This document shows, in pieces, positions 13,441 to 26,690 of a stretch of 64,000 nucleotides of DNA. The stretch is from Octopus vulgaris. Taxonomy: Eukaryota. A model generated the notes under the pieces. The model was not told where the DNA came from. It did not search any database and saw only the letters and a list, made by a program, of their open reading frames with translations. How positions within the stretch are numbered: position 1 is the first letter of the stretch; each line of letters begins with the position of its first letter. The translations under genes and the position numbers were made by a program. The stretch lies in contig OX597815.1 of assembly GCA_951406725.2 (NCBI GenBank), positions 49,786,001 through 49,850,000 on the forward strand, read 5' to 3'.

Positions 13441-14587
13441 GTAAGTGCTAATGAGTAATGTGTCACACTAAAGATAATGAGATGTCCAATGCAATCAGGT
13501 GTATAGAAAGATAAACTATTTTATTGACCATCAGTGCAACAGTAAGTCTTACAAAGAAGTATTGAGTCAACAGCATGAAATGGAGATGAAAAAAGAATGT
13601 TGTCTTTTTACTTAATTTTTTTCTTTTTTAATTTCCTTTTGTACTCAAAGAATGTACAAAGTATCATGAAAGTTTATTTGATTTAGAAAAGAATTCTATA
13701 AAATATCAGCCATATATTTTGTGCAATGATTTTTCACAGGTTGATGTAAACCTCATCTAATCTTCAAAAGGCAACTGTGAAAGTGAGCAGAAACTGAGTT
13801 TATAATAATTACATATAAAAAAAAAGTGTACTTGTGTGCAAGTGATTGATAAGAGTCTTTCTCTGCAGTCATTTAGCCTGCTAGAAATAGCAGCTAAATT
13901 TTCTTTAAATACCTTGTGATAATGATTGTGATGTGATGAGTGACAACATTTAGGCCAATACCCAACCAGAAACTTGGTTTGTTGAGACCAACATAGGAGA
14001 GAAATTTAAAGGATATTAAATGGATGTTGAGAAAATGACCCAGTGATGAATTAGGTTAAGTTGGTCATGTCTTTTACAGCTTCATCAGGGAATACTTGTA
14101 CTTGAACATTTTTCTATTGTTATCCTAGTCATATTTGAAGCTTATTCTGACTAGTATATGTGAAAATTCTGTTGTAATAACTTACATATTCTCTTCAGAG
14201 TAAAGACTAAATATGATGCTATATGCCAGACAGACTGCATTGTATTAAAATATGAATTTTGAAACTAGAAGCAGCAAGAGCCAAATAATTCATTGGATAA
14301 AATAAGCATATGGATTTATGTCAATTTCAGTGATGAGTTTTCAACTATTTGATCAATTGAAATAACTACGCAATGAATTTGTATGTTTGAATATTCTATG
14401 GACTAGCGTACTCTAGATGAAATTCTCAGACAGTATCAGTATGAATTTATGTATCACAAGGCTGGACCTTCAAATTACAAGTACAATTTTTCAATAGTTT
14501 TTACCAGTTCCTGTCCTGCCAATTTTACTTACAAGGTTTAGGTTATGTGAAACATGTAAGATAGAAACAAAGTTGATTAGTGGAAGA

Positions 14588-15415
14588 CAGTGCCATCTGA
14601 GGGCATAGGCCCAGGGCAGTTTTCCAGAGCCCAACTCTGATTTATGTATACTGTGGCTTGCTGTTAATAAATAAATATTATAATGCTCAGTGCAATTATT
14701 TTCCCAGGCACCTCAAGAAACTAGGGGGCTAATTCTGATCTATGTGTGTTGTGGCTTGTCAAATTAATACTATAGGGCCCAGTGCATTGATTTGTCTGGG
14801 GTCCTCAATCTAAGTATAATGTGGCTTGCTGTCAATGAATAGATACTATAATGCTCAGTGCAATTATTTGCCCGGTCACTTCATGAATCTAGGGAGCCCG
14901 TTTCTAATCTTTGTTTGCTGTGGCTTACAGTCAATAAAGAAATAATATAGGGCCCAGTGTATTGATTTGCTTAGGGCTCTCAATCTATGTATACTGTGGC
15001 TTGCTGTCAATGAATAAATACCATAATGCTCAGTGCAATTATTTGCCCGGGTCTTGGGAGCCCAGTTTTGATCTTTCTATGCTGTGGCTTGTTGTCAATA
15101 AATATTATAATGCTCTACACTCAGAACTAAAGAAAATTGTAAGGTTTCCTATTTATTCTTTTATTTTCTTATTTAAATCTCCCCCTCTCTCCCTTTCTAT
15201 CTATGTGTGCATGCATGTGTATTGGATATGTATGTATATATGTATGTATGTATATTCATCTATAATGGATAAAGTGTCTTTGTTACTAAAGTAGACAATT
15301 ATTTGCCCAGGCACATCATGAGTCTAGGGACCTAGTTCTGATCTTTGTATGCTGGTCCTATATGACCCAGTGCATTGACTTGCTCAGGGGGCTAAAATAA
15401 TACTAGGAAGTCCCT
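14588..15415 (+). repeat. Tandem array of 70-100-bp units derived from a MITE interior
   Basis: TGTGGCTT anchor recurs near 14652, 14750, 14820, 14919, 14995, 15083 with alternating long/short spacing; single-unit relative at about 55575-55740. Confidence 0.8.
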
Positions 15416-15641
15416 AATGGCAAATTATGATTGCCTGTGTCAAGAGAGTTGAGAATATGGCCTAACCTAAAAGGGTGTAGTAATAGAAATAGAGTAACAA
15501 GATAAGATAAACTAGATAATGGTAATCCTTTATACTTGTTAAACTGAATCTGATATTGAAATACCAGTGGTGTTGCTCAAGTGTATGCTGTCTGGGGTGA
15601 CACTTGAGTTTTCCCCCACCTCCCCAACCTATAAGCCTATA

Positions 15642-16020
15642 CAAATCAAAGATTAAAACAAAAATAAAAACAAAAACAAAAGTCAAAAGGATGTACACAT
15701 TGAATGTAATAGGTTGACACTCAATTGAAGATGGAATAAAAGAGGTGTGACATTTCGAGCATGGTTCTTAGTCAGAAAGAGGAAAGGTCTGGAGAGAAAG
15801 AAAAGAATAGTTTGAGAAAAGTATGTTTTTCTTACCTTGGACTGCTCTTTTCCTTCTCTCCGGTTCTTTCATCTTTCCTCTTTCTGATGAAGAGCCATGC
15901 TCAAAATGTCACACCCCTTCTTTTTTCCATCTTGAACTTTCTGAGCATCATCCTTATACATTCACTGTATATGTCTTTTTGACTTTTGTTGGTTCTGTTT
16001 CCGTTTCTATTTTTGATTTG
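15642..16020. mobile_element. Inverted pair of Penelope-like terminal repeats, each with a hammerhead-like core
   Basis: 15642-15812 is the diverged reverse complement of 15839-16020; cores CTGATGA-A-GAGC-CAT-GCTC-AAAA (+) and CTGACTA-A-GAAC-CAT-GCTC-GAAA (-). Confidence 0.65.
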
Positions 16021-17798
16021 CCTATTATCACACACTCACACACATATCTAGGTCTTTCCAATGATGATCTAGAGTACTTAATTCTTGGGTTCAGAGTACC
16101 TACTTCTTGGCTTTCCTTACACTGGAATACCTTACTATTGGATTATGTTACACTTTCGAGTTCCCACAGAGTACATCGTATTTGTACCTTCGATTATGAA
16201 CCTATAAATTCTTATACAGCACATCCAAAAAGTCATCTCTTTAAAAGAGTCACCCAAGGTACCCCGCACCCTGCAAGCTACATTACTGAGAAATATAAAC
16301 ATAATTGGTGGGGTTTTGTGCCACCTTAATTTTTATTTCTTCAATTTCCAATTTATCCTTCTCATTAAAATTTATCATCAGAAAATGAAATCTAATTTTT
16401 ATCATTAAATCATATTTAATGATTAACTGATTGTTGAAATTCAACTTGTTTTCTTATTTTTAATTTATTCTTTTTTCTGATTCTAACTAATTTTCTATAT
16501 TATTTCTTATAGATAATTATTTAAATAAAATTTGCCTATAGTCAATTTACTTATTGCATTGATAAGCCATACAATTTGTATGATTACTATCTCAAAAGAA
16601 AAAAAAAAATTCAAGAAATTTAGTCAAACACTTTTTAACTAACTGCAGTGGATGTCATTTGGAGAAAAACTAATCTTGGCTTTATTTTCAGTAGATTTCT
16701 GTGAGTAATGGAAGAAAATGGTTAAGAACTAAATAGAAATGTAAGGTTTCCTATTTATTCTTTTATTTTCTTGTTTAAATCTCCCCCTCTCTCTTTTTCT
16801 ATCTATATGTGCATGTGTGTGTGTGTGTGTGTGTGTGTGTGGACATGTATGTCTATATGTATGCATGTATATTCATCTGTAATGGATAAAGTGTCTTTGT
16901 TACTTAAAGACAGTTAAAGTAGACAATTATTCGCAAGAGCTAGTGATATGAGATAACAACATCATGTAAAATCAGTTAATAAAAGGAACACAAAAACAAA
17001 AAGAAAATCTATAAGTCTCCCAGATATTAAAATAAAAGTCTATAAAAACAATCAATCAATAACTAAATTCCAACTGTGTTCTGCCATTTTACACAAACTG
17101 TCAATAAAGTAAATTTTAAATTCAATTAAGAAATGGGCCTTAAATTTCACTTAGTTTCTTCAAAAAAAAAAAAAAGAAGTCCTTTGCTCAGCAAAGTGTT
17201 GGTCAAATTTCCACAAGAAAACACAGAGGAAATGGAAACAACCATACAAGCTATGTTAACTTAAATTGGGAGAGGGCAGGAATCATAATAAATTACTAAG
17301 ATCAAAATTGAACTTTCAGCTCCATTTTTGGGTAATTTCATTCTGTTTGAGAGTAAAATAGAAAATTTGCTTTCTATTATGTCTTGAAGTTTTATCACTT
17401 AACTTTTTAAGTTGGCAACAACTCAGAAACAAAATAATGTTAAAAGTGGATAGTTTCTGAAAATATTTTTTGGTTGTTGTAGAATGCGTATAGGTATGTG
17501 TGCATGTGTGAAAGGAAGACAGACAGGGAGAAAGAGTGCAGGACAAAAAACACACATTTATCTTACCTTTAAATTCTCAGACAAAAATATTACTTGAATG
17601 TCAGTAAAATTGTAATTTCAGAATCAGTGAAAATTTTTGTTTATTTAATATATATACTGTATTTAAGAATTAAAATACAATTATTTTGAAAAATCTTTAT
17701 AATTTTAATTGAGCCCTGGTGGCAGTTATAAAGTAAAGATGAATATTTCTGAGATTTCCTTACCTTTATTTTTACTGATGTCTACTTTTCTACCTCAG

Positions 17799-17827
17799 TC
17801 AAGCACAATTGTATGTCTTCAACAAAA
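17799..17827 (+). other. Candidate 29-nt micro-exon
   Basis: TACTGAT branch-like motif, CTTTTCTACCTCAG acceptor, AAA|GTAAGT donor, followed by (TG)n. Confidence 0.2.
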
Positions 17828-17832
17828 GTAAG

Positions 17833-17834
<2 letters not shown>

Positions 17835-17901
<67 letters not shown>

Positions 17902-17925
17902 TGTGTGTGTGTATGTATGTATGTG
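17835..17925. repeat. (TG)n microsatellite
   Basis: Direct inspection. Confidence 0.95.
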
Positions 17926-18335
17926 TACATATTTATAATAATAAATATGAAAATGAATTTGTGTGTGTCAGTGTGCCGCACTTTGACCCCCCCCTCTCAC
18001 TATTCAGTGACACTTCTATTCCTCATGCTGGGGTGAGAGTAATAGTAGGCATAGAGATGGTGAGGGCGGTAGTAGATTAACAGTTGTAATAGTAATAGGG
18101 TGATAGTAATAGTATGAGCTGTAGTTGTAATAGAGGCAGAGGCGATGGTGATGATGGTGGGAATAGCCAAGGCTGTCAGGGATGATGGTGTTAGTAAGCC
18201 ATGTGAAAGACAGCTGTGATAGTGGTGGAGGAGAAGGCAGCAAAGTCAAAAGTATTGATAGTGGTGGTGTCAGAAGTCTGAATGGTGTGTGTCTTGCTCA
18301 AGAACACAATATGCAGCCCGGTCCGGGGTTCAAGC

Positions 18336-18595
18336 TCACAACCACACGATCATAAGCTCAACGCTCTCACCACTGAGCCATGTGCTTTCACTGAGGAAGA
18401 CTAGAACTATCATAATCACAACTATGATGATGGAACAACTACTCAAAGCTTCTCTGCTATATAGATTCCTATTCATTGAACAAACAATCACAATGTATTG
18501 TCTATATATCCCATACTCAAAAGCTGAAAGACCCTTGACAGCCCCTAAACCTTCTAGTTTTACACCTGGGCATATTCCTGTGGATATTCTCTCTT
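18336..18595 (-). CDS. Candidate exon of an unknown minus-strand gene
   Basis: Strong acceptor TTTCTTTGTTTTTCAG|; phase-1 frame EERISTGICPGVKLEGLGAVKGLSAFEYGIYRQYIV...; 3' part runs into a SINE; no homology recognised. Confidence 0.2.
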
Positions 18596-18964
18596 CTGAA
18601 AAACAAAGAAATATCCAACAAGACAATGCAAAGTTTAACAATGACAGCAGCAAAAAAAAAAAAAAGAAATTGTTAAGAATTATAAATGTCCAATCAGTAA
18701 TCTTCTTCTATGTGTGACACCATCTTTCCAAAAATCACCATTACAAATAAATGAAGCCCAGTTCTTGCAAATAAAGAATGTTTACACTCTTGCTTGTTTA
18801 ATTTACTTCTTTTATTGTTTTCCTATAATTATAAAATGTGTATATTTAAAAAATAACGAGATGCTCACGATTGTCAGAACGGATTCTATTGTGTGTCATA
18901 TATATTTATATAAAAAAAAGCATCTTAAATAGAAGAATGTTTCCTACAAACTCTCATTTTATCT

Positions 18965-19340
18965 TTTATTCTTTATGCTTTACTTGTTTCAGTTATTACA
19001 CTGAATTCATAATTGAATGAATGAACCCCACTACTTCGTTTTACTTGAGCCTGGCATTTATTCTATTGACCTCTTTTGCTGAACTTCTAAGTTACAGGGA
19101 ATGTAAACATATCTACACCAATTGTCAATTGGGATGGGGGAACAAACAGACACAAAGGCACACACAAATACATATACGGTGGGCTTCTTTCAGTTTCTAT
19201 CAACCAAATCCACTCATAAGGCTTTGGTCAGCCTGGGGTTATAGTAGAAGACACTTGCTCAAGGTGTCTTACTCTGGGACTGAACACAGAACCATATGGT
19301 TGGAAAGCAAGCTTCTTACCACACAGCCACACTTGCGACT
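18965..19340 (-). mobile_element. SINE family A
   Basis: Reverse-complement match to family A. Confidence 0.85.
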
Positions 19341-20141
19341 ATTTTAAGTAAAAAAAAAAATTATTATTCAAAATGAAACATTTTCTGGAAAATAATTTGT
19401 CCAGAATGGGTTAATATCATTGTTGTTGTTATTATTATTATTATTATTATTATCATCATCATCATCATCACTGCCACAGGCATCTTCATCATCATCACTA
19501 CCATTGTCTCCTCACCTCCTCCTTCTTTCTCTAAATATAATGGTCACTTTTGTTTTTTTACACCCACATAGTCTAATAGAATGTAGAGTCTATAAATTGG
19601 GACTGATTCCTTTGTTATTACTCTCACTAATGATTTAAAACACTTCTTGGTTTTCATGGCATTATGTTATCAGAACTTTTATGAGTAAAGTTTGGTCACT
19701 GAGACTAGGCTTTGCATATTTTTGCATATGATTAAGACTGAGTAAGGAAAAAAGTTCTCTAGAAATACTTTAAGAAAAATAAGTAGGTGAGGATGCATAT
19801 GTATCAAGTTCACAATTCAATAACAAACAAAACATCCATGCCTTGGCTACATAGGGGAAGATGGATATAAAAATGATATATAACATGAGCCATCAAGATG
19901 ACTATGAACAAAATGATCCATATTTTTACTTGTGTATAAAGAATGGACTGCTTGGCCATTAGTATCGAGAAGAGCACTAAAGTGACAATCATGGTATCTA
20001 ATTTCGGTAATGTATTTTAACAGATTAAAGATTAGATTCTAGAGTTCAGAATAATTTGATATAGGCATGCAGTTCTTTGGATATTAATAATATCACCATA
20101 TTAGCATTTACTTCCATTATAATCATTTTTATGATTGCTGA

Positions 20142-20142
<1 letters not shown>

Positions 20143-20192
<50 letters not shown>

Positions 20193-20200
20193 CATCATCA
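20143..20200. repeat. (ATT)n microsatellite
   Basis: Direct inspection; similar (AAT)n at 28932-28990. Confidence 0.95.
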
Positions 20201-20693
20201 AAATGAAAATACAAATTACAAAAATAGAACCATAAGAAATAGTAGTAGAAGAACAAATTGAAAGAGTGTTTTACATCCAGCGACTTGGTTTGCAAAAGAC
20301 ATTAAGATGTCTGGAGAGAAATCACAAATATTAATTTTGACTGAATGAAGAAATAACTGGACAAGACAAAGACAGGCAAACTGTCCAAATAATTAATAAC
20401 CCACAGATTCATTCAAGGAAAGATCATCATCACATGGGGGATGATATAAGTGGTATTAGAGAGTATTGACTTGCACTTTTGGAACAAAAATGCAATGCAA
20501 ATGTAGCAGCATTTCCACTGCAATATCTTAATCATGTCCTTTCCTAAGTATATATATCATGTGCATATGCAAGAAAATATGTATATGCAATAATATATGG
20601 TCATTTTTAAACACACACACACACACACACTTAGAGGTATAGATGTATGTATACATAACTTCACATGTGCATGAATATACTCCTTGAATCTTA

Positions 20694-20856
<163 letters not shown>

Positions 20857-21553
20857 AAACCTAGCCAATTGAAAATGCATAATACAGCAATACATAGATG
20901 ACTCACAACAGCTATTTGTATTTGAGTGTTCTGTTTTATGGAGTTACTTTTTTTTAATGTTGCTGTCTATACATTTTTGGTAGAGGTGGATATGACTTGA
21001 AATTTGATGATTTGGCAGTTTACCAAATTATTGATGGCTTTTGCCTCCTCCCATTCCTTGACCAATACTGTCAACTCTACAACCAGTGCCTGTAAATTTT
21101 ACTTAAAATTTCAGGTTAATTTCATCTAATGATTTTCATATGCTCTCACATATATAAATTCACAGATACACATTTTCATACAGACACTTTAATACTTATA
21201 CAAGGTCACAAGGACACACACAATGTCACTGATAAAAGTTTAAAACTCAAAACCACGCCTTGAAATATATTTTGACATGAAATAATTTATCTGCAGTTAA
21301 TATTGTTATTGTTTAAGCTCAGGTTAGCCTTTGACCAAAAGCCTTCCAGCCATAACTATTGTATTTTTTAAGGTCTGTTTCATATTTTTATGAGTGCTGA
21401 ATATAATTTAAGGGAGATCTGCAGCCGTTTGTTGCAGGACATGAAGCTTGTAGAAGTTCCCTTGTATTTCTATTTGAAGACAATATTTGGTTTGTATAAC
21501 TGATGTGTTGGGCTACAAAATGAGTATGTTGCTAATATCAGGTTGTTTTAGAC

Positions 21554-21814
21554 CAGTGGTTCCCAAACATTTTCAGGCTACTGACCCTTTGGTACCCAGG
21601 CACATTCCTAGCACCCCGACACCATCACAAACATAGACTTCTTTCTGCATCAAATTTAAAACAACTATATTTCACAAATAAAACAACCAAATTAACCCAT
21701 TATTTTATTGCTTTTACAGCCATTGCCTCCTTCTGGCCACCCCATTTTCACCCCCACTTTTCTCCCTGGATCTTTCCACCATCCCTAAAGGAGCACTCAC
21801 TTTGGGAACTACTG
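21554..21814. mobile_element. hAT (Charlie-like) MITE
   Basis: TIRs CAGTGGTTCCCAAA / TTTGGGAACTACTG; 8-bp TSD TTTTAGAC / CTTTAGAC. Confidence 0.85.
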
Positions 21815-22194
21815 CTTTAGACAATCATAGTCACTGGTTAGTAGCAGAATTAAAAGTTTGGTTTATGTTTAATGTAGTTGGACAAATTATTAAACTTTGA
21901 CAAAGTGAATAGAATTTTGTTTTTATTGTTTTGATCATTGAGACTAAAAGAATATTCCAAACAAGAAAATTTATCAGACATAGCAGTGCTTGGTTGGTTC
22001 TTTCTTACTGCCCTTGCTTGATGGGGCTGGAGTCATTCCAAGTTAGTAGTCCCAGAGAAGTCATCACTAGCAGTCCCACACCAGCCCCTCTGCATCCTCC
22101 AAGGTGACATCAAGCCTCTGAAGATTTTCCCCAATCATGTCAAGCCATGTGGTATGGAGCCTGCCATGAGACCTCTTCCAGCTCGCAGTTGCTA

Positions 22195-22362
22195 TGTTGA
22201 CATGGAGGTGTGTTTAAGAAATATGTTTTACAACCACAAGGTTTCAGGTTCATTCCTATTGCATGGCACCTTGAACAAGTATCTTCTGCTATAACCTCAG
22301 GCTGATCAATACTTTGTGAGTGGATATTGTGGACGAAAACTGAAAGGAGCCTGTCATACATA

Positions 22363-22404
<42 letters not shown>

Positions 22405-22615
22405 GCTGTTTGTCTTTCTTTGTGTTGACATCGTATGATATTGTAGAACAATGTCATTCAGTTCCTCTATTCTGTGGAAACACTTTTGCCATGAAAAAAT
22501 ATTACCCTGTTTGGAAACAAGGGTTGGGGACTGGAAGGCATCTGGCCATAGAAAATCTGTCTCAAACTCTGACCCATGCAAGTATGGAAAAGTGAACGTT
22601 AAAACGATGATGATT
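22195..22615 (+). mobile_element. SINE family A head joined to a family C-type tail
   Basis: GGTTCATTCC B box, family A body, TG/GA microsatellite, then GGAAGGCATCTGGCC...ATGGAAAAGTGAACGTTAAAACGATGATG. Confidence 0.7.
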
Positions 22616-24334
22616 TCCATATTTCCAAGAAATTTGATTGGACAGGAAAATGCTTCCAAAACGATCTTAATGGTAATTAGGACACAGTGTTGGGGTTGTA
22701 ATTAATTTTTTAATTAAAAAATATAATGCTAAATTGTCAAGAATCTAGTGAAAAAGGAGAAATATGAAAGATTTATTAGAAAAATAAATTCACAATTAAC
22801 CGCTCAATGTACCAAAATGTATTAGCAATGATTAGATCCACTTTTATTGACTGACATACAAGTAAATATGCTTTGTCTAAATGATCTAGACAGGAATTCT
22901 TATTTGAAATTTAAAATAAAATAAAGAAAAAAGGGAAAGATTCAACAGGAAATGGTATTGTTATAATTATTATGCCAAAGGAAGAAATACTTGGAAATAC
23001 TGACGAGAAATACATTATGTTTGCGTGTGTAGGAATCACAAACAAAATCATACATACATGCCATATCAGAGTTTGTAAAACAAATACATATATAGATTAT
23101 TACTGAGCTAATATTTTTTTCTAAAATAAAAGCAATTTCTAAAAAAATATATAGGGTTTCCAAGCAATTAATATTTCCTGGCAGTTTGAATATTCGTAGT
23201 GATGTAGAATAACATTTTTTGAAAAAAAAGTTTGTTTTTCTCCTCAGCATTTATGCTGCAAAGACCTTATACCTGCATTCTTTTATTTATTTCATGTGCA
23301 TGTATACCTTATATTTTTCTTTTAAATCTTAGGTCTAGCCAATAATGGAAATTTGCATCATTGGGGAAGGCACTGTTTTTGAACTTGGCTCAACTGTTAA
23401 AATTTTGTGTAAATTACATTAAAATTGCTAACATGGCACCATGTGCATTTTGGATTTTGTTTTATTTTATAATTAACAATTTTTAGTTTATTTTTTATCT
23501 ATAAAAAAGAAAATTATCTAGTCAGCTGGAGTTCTCTTTCAGATCTGTTTATTTGGCCAGGAGTTTGGCAGACCTTATTTCGGAAGGGAAATAGTAATCT
23601 ATTTTATGAATACACAAAGGAGACCTATTTTATTGGCTTTGTTTTTATTACAAATTCCTACATAGAAGAATTTTTTTTTTTGCTAAGTGTCATAATTAAC
23701 AAATCTACATCCGTTTTGTTTCTTAAAACTTATACCTTAATTGGCAAAGCAACATTAACATTTGTTCTTTATTCTGTAAGCTAGGGCTTAATGGATGTGC
23801 ATTATAGCCTCGAATTCCTTATAAGTAACTTAATCAAAGAGTTTGAGGAGTTATGCTCGTTTTCTTATTTTAATATTTTTATACACATTATTCATTAAGT
23901 TTCCATACAATTTTCATTTCCCATACATATGTCTCCCTCCCAGTAATTACAAAGGCAGTTGTCTGCCTGGAAAAAATAAAATCTTGCAAAAGCATTAAAT
24001 AGCAGGAAAGAATGATATTTAATTTTAATTAGAATTTTTAGAAAGTCAGGGCTAATAGTTGTCAGAGTAAAATGCTTACCTACTAACCACATGGTCATAA
24101 GCTCAAATATTAATTTTGCCAAAACCAGGTAACTAATACTACTGAGTCCAGTTGGCCTGACTACTTAAAATACAGGTTCCTCCCATATTTCCACAGTTGA
24201 AAAGTTCGATATAGAAAGTGTACTAAATTGTAAATGACACTGCTCTGAGAAATAAGCCACCACATTCAGGCAAGTGTGGAAAAAATGGATGTAAAATGGT
24301 GGAAAGAAAAAAATTTCCCTTTGCTTCCAAAATT

Positions 24335-24555
24335 AATACTGATTTAAAATTTTGGCCCAAGGCCAGGAATTTCAAGGAAGAGGGCTAGTTGATTAAATTG
24401 ACCTCAGTACTCAGTACATATTTTATCAACCCTGAAAGGATGAATGGCAAAGTAGACCTTGGCAGAATTTGAACTGAGGACATAAAGACAGACAGGATAC
24501 TGCTAAGCATGCTAATATTGCCCAGCATGCTAATGTTTCTGCCACCTCACCATCT
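24335..24555 (-). mobile_element. SINE family B
   Basis: Match to family B; further copies near 12335-12467(-), 28735-28932(-), 38853-39070(-), 45660-45860(+), 45992-46186(-), 47795-48120(-). Confidence 0.8.
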
Positions 24556-25283
24556 TTACTTCAAAATTGGTATTGCTATATCATTATTTGTGTAATGTAC
24601 AAATTTACATCAATATTGATCTATATCTGACATAAGATTCATTAAATTCAAGAAATCTCTCTCTTTTTTTTTTTAACATTTTTCATTGAATGGAAATAAC
24701 TATCAAATGCTATATATTTCCTTCAATAACCAACCTTTCCAACAAACAGCTATAAAATATTAGGGAAATGTTTACACATTACTGTCATATTTCTAAGAAA
24801 GTTATTCTAGGAAAGAATTCTAACTACCATACTGCTAAATAACAGTATGTCATTATTAGATAAGCATAAACTAACTTATTTGCCGCCAAGTTTCTTAAAT
24901 TACTTTAAAATACCAAAGACACAGCTGTCCATTCCAGTAATAATTATTACTTCAACACATTAAATTTCATTACAAACACATCATATTGAGTAGGTGCATA
25001 ATGAGGTTGAACAAATGGAACCCTTCATTTTGATGGCTATATTGAGATCATACACTCTACCTTGTATCATAAAAACTGCTTTCAGGCATTGTAATATTGA
25101 TTCTTTTTCTAGCCCTACTATCAAAATGGTAAATGGCTCTGAAAACAAGCAGAATAGTACTTTATTTTTTGATAAGTATATTGTCTTAGCTGCTTCATGG
25201 TTTATGTTCTGGACTTATAGATTATTAGTTCAAACTCATGTGCTGTATTACCATTATCTGGATTGTTGTTTAAGGAATATTTA

Positions 25284-25640
25284 TTATTACCCCCACTTTG
25301 GCTAAGGTGGAGGTATTGTTTTCAGTCATGTTTGTTTGTTTGTTTGTCTGAGGACAAGATATCTCAAGAACCGCAGGATGGATTCGAATGAAACTTTCAG
25401 GGATGTTTGGCCTTATGACTGGCATAAACTGATTAGATTTTGGGATTGATCCAGTTCTGGACAAGAATTCTGGATTACTTTTCCTGGTTTTTTACTTAAT
25501 TTTTGAGAGCAGTCAGGTTCACTTTTAGTAGTTTTGTTTGTGAGAGCAGTCGAGTTTATTTCAGATATTCTCATTTTAAAAACCATCTCTAGTCAATCGT
25601 TGAGAGGATGTTGGTGTTCCTTTGGCGGAGGTTTGCACTT
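25284..25640 (+). mobile_element. Helentron-associated (DINE-1/HINE-like) non-autonomous element
   Basis: Starts TTATTACCCCCAC..AGGTGGAGGT, has a (GTTT)n block, core GATATCTCAAGAACC..GGATGGATT..ATGAAACTT, ends TTGGCGGAGGTTTGCACT. Confidence 0.65.
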
Positions 25641-26399
25641 GTTATTATTGTTTTTTATCTTAACTAACTCCTTATTAAATTACAATTCAACAAATATCAA
25701 TGAAATTATTGGAAGAATTGAAACAACAAATTGATTCTTTAATGACTCTACTATCAGAAAGTGTCACACATTAGGACTGAACCCAGAGCTACATGGTTGG
25801 AAAGCAAACTTCTTACCACAAAGCCATACTTGCATGGTTACTTTTGAAAAAGCAAACACTCTTATCACCAAAATAATTGATACTCTAAATGTTTAGCTCC
25901 ATCTCAGTATTACTATGAAAAGAATGAAGTTTAAATTGTAACCTTAACACAAAATAATTTTCTGTTCTTTGCAAATCTACCTGGATGAGTTCTGACCAAG
26001 TCACTGCATTAAAATTATTTTTAATGAGAGAAAAATGCAATGTTATTGACAATGAGGACAATAATTGTAACAGGGATGGCTTGGGGTTTTCTCTGTTGGT
26101 CCTGACAATTAGCAGTCAGTTGTTAAACCAATTACATTCCTACCTAAGAAATTAATGTGAAAGTGGCTGAGCATTCTACAGACTAGTGTAGTTCAATTGC
26201 AATTCTTAAGTCAACTGAGCACAACACAAGGTGATGTGGCTAGATCTTTGAATGTGTGTATATGAGAGAGGGGGCAGAGAGAGGAAGAGAGGTGATGGGG
26301 TCCAGAAAGGATGAAAAGTAAAATTGACTTTGGTGAGATTTGAGTTCAGAGCACAGAGATCCAAAACGAATAGAGGTTGGTATAGCAGCATTTTAATAA

Positions 26400-26690
26400 A
26401 TCAAGTACTACTCTGTACAGAAAGTTATGTTCTTCTTTTAAACTTTTTGCTATTTACTTCTTTCTTAAAAGATATGAAAGTATCTCATTAGGTGACTATA
26501 CTCACAAAGTATTTCTTAACACTCAATTCTCCCTTAAACTAATGCTTAAGTAACTTTGTTATCTTTTAATTTTATCATTCACTTCACATCTGTGAAGTAA
26601 AAACTCAAAACCCTCCACTGAATATTTGTGTTAATTTAGTGCTGATGAAGAATTCAGCTTCAATTCCAAACAGGAAAAACAACTATTATG
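26400..26690 (+). mobile_element. Decayed Penelope-like 3' end with hammerhead-like motif
   Basis: KYFLTLNSPLN* resembles the GIY-YIG C-terminal tail; then CTGATGA-AGAATT-CAGCTTC-AATTCC-AAAC at 26642-26671. Confidence 0.4.

Noticed and set aside
14588-15415. CRISPR-like repeat/spacer appearance (also 10229-10440 and 58591-58690)
   Set aside because: Intervening sequences are homologous to each other, repeats are degenerate, DNA is eukaryotic and no cas genes are present.
15823-16329. 168-aa ORF, the longest in the window
   Set aside because: First part lies in the pyrimidine-rich inverted repeat arm; no domain or splice support recognised.
24994-25305. 103-aa ORF (also 22942-23250 and 18289-18717)
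   Set aside because: No recognisable motif; two of the three overlap repeats; lengths reachable by chance.
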